64,000 nt of DNA from Lytechinus pictus (Eukaryota), in assembly GCF_037042905.1 (NCBI RefSeq), contig NC_087251.1, forward strand, positions 5,148,001 through 5,212,000, read 5' to 3'. The notes under the pieces were generated by a model. It had not been told where the DNA came from. It searched no databases and saw nothing but the letters and a program-made list of their open reading frames with translations. Position numbers and translations under genes: made by a program. Positions within the stretch are counted from its first letter, which is position 1. Every line of letters starts with the position of its first letter. This document shows positions 63,599-64,000 of the stretch, piece after piece.

Positions 63599-63961
63599 TA
63601 TGCTTTTCACACTGCATTTCCTTAACCCATTACTATCTTTTTTGGTTTCACAATGTCTTTCTTAATCCCATACTATTTGCTTAGCCGGAGTTAACGCCCT
63701 TAACCACGGACTATCACACAGCTCATGAATATTGATGATTTTGCCACACAGAGCGTGATTAACGTGCAATTTCGATTTCTCTCATTGGCTAGTGCTTAGC
63801 CCCACTGTTCCTTAGCCTGGTTGGTTTCACGCTGCAGTTCTTAGCACCGCAAGTTGTGTGAAACCGAAGTGGGCTAAGCTTAACCCCGGGAAATTGGTGG
63901 GGCTAAGGCCCTCCCCCTTAGCCCTAGGGTTAAGGAAAATTTATGTAGTGTGAAAAGCATA
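63599..63961. mobile_element. MITE related to 32279-32831
   Basis: TIR TATGCTTTTCACACT / AGTGTGAAAAGCATA; shares AAGTGGGCTAAGCTTAACCCC with ~32524. Confidence 0.8.
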
Positions 63962-64000
63962 TGAGTCTGTACCAGAACCTATTTGGTTTAGTCAGGTGTG

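Overview
AT-rich, repeat-dominated eukaryotic (animal) genomic DNA; the repeat content suggests a marine invertebrate such as an echinoderm (inference only). I can support one host coding exon: a terminal exon at 37139-37286 (+) resembling the C-terminus of ERMARD/C6orf70, with no other recognisable exon upstream in the window. Most other structure is transposable elements: an apparently intact DD34E Tc1-like element (1033-2934) nested in a Helentron-associated (HINE-like) element, more HINE-like elements with internal tandem arrays, many MITEs (TTAA/Kolobok-like, piggyBac-like, PIF/Harbinger-like, hAT-like, Tc1-like), and LINE (CR1/L2-group, Ingi/Vingi-like) and tRNA-SINE relics. Best candidates for follow-up: (1) a ~10 kb TE nest starting at the TTAA that contains the exon's stop codon, including a 9.2 kb Academ-like element whose arms carry about 14 RFX X-box-like motifs; (2) a 34-bp TIR-only insert with a 7-bp TSD resembling a P-element excision footprint; (3) strong enrichment of the Tc1-type footprint TACATGTA; (4) a 3.4 kb piggyBac-like element with an ATAT target duplication; (5) a LINE RT ORF kept open by two compensating frameshifts. 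No prokaryotic systems, CRISPR arrays, rRNA or true tRNA genes were seen. Family assignments are by eye and from memory, with no database searches.
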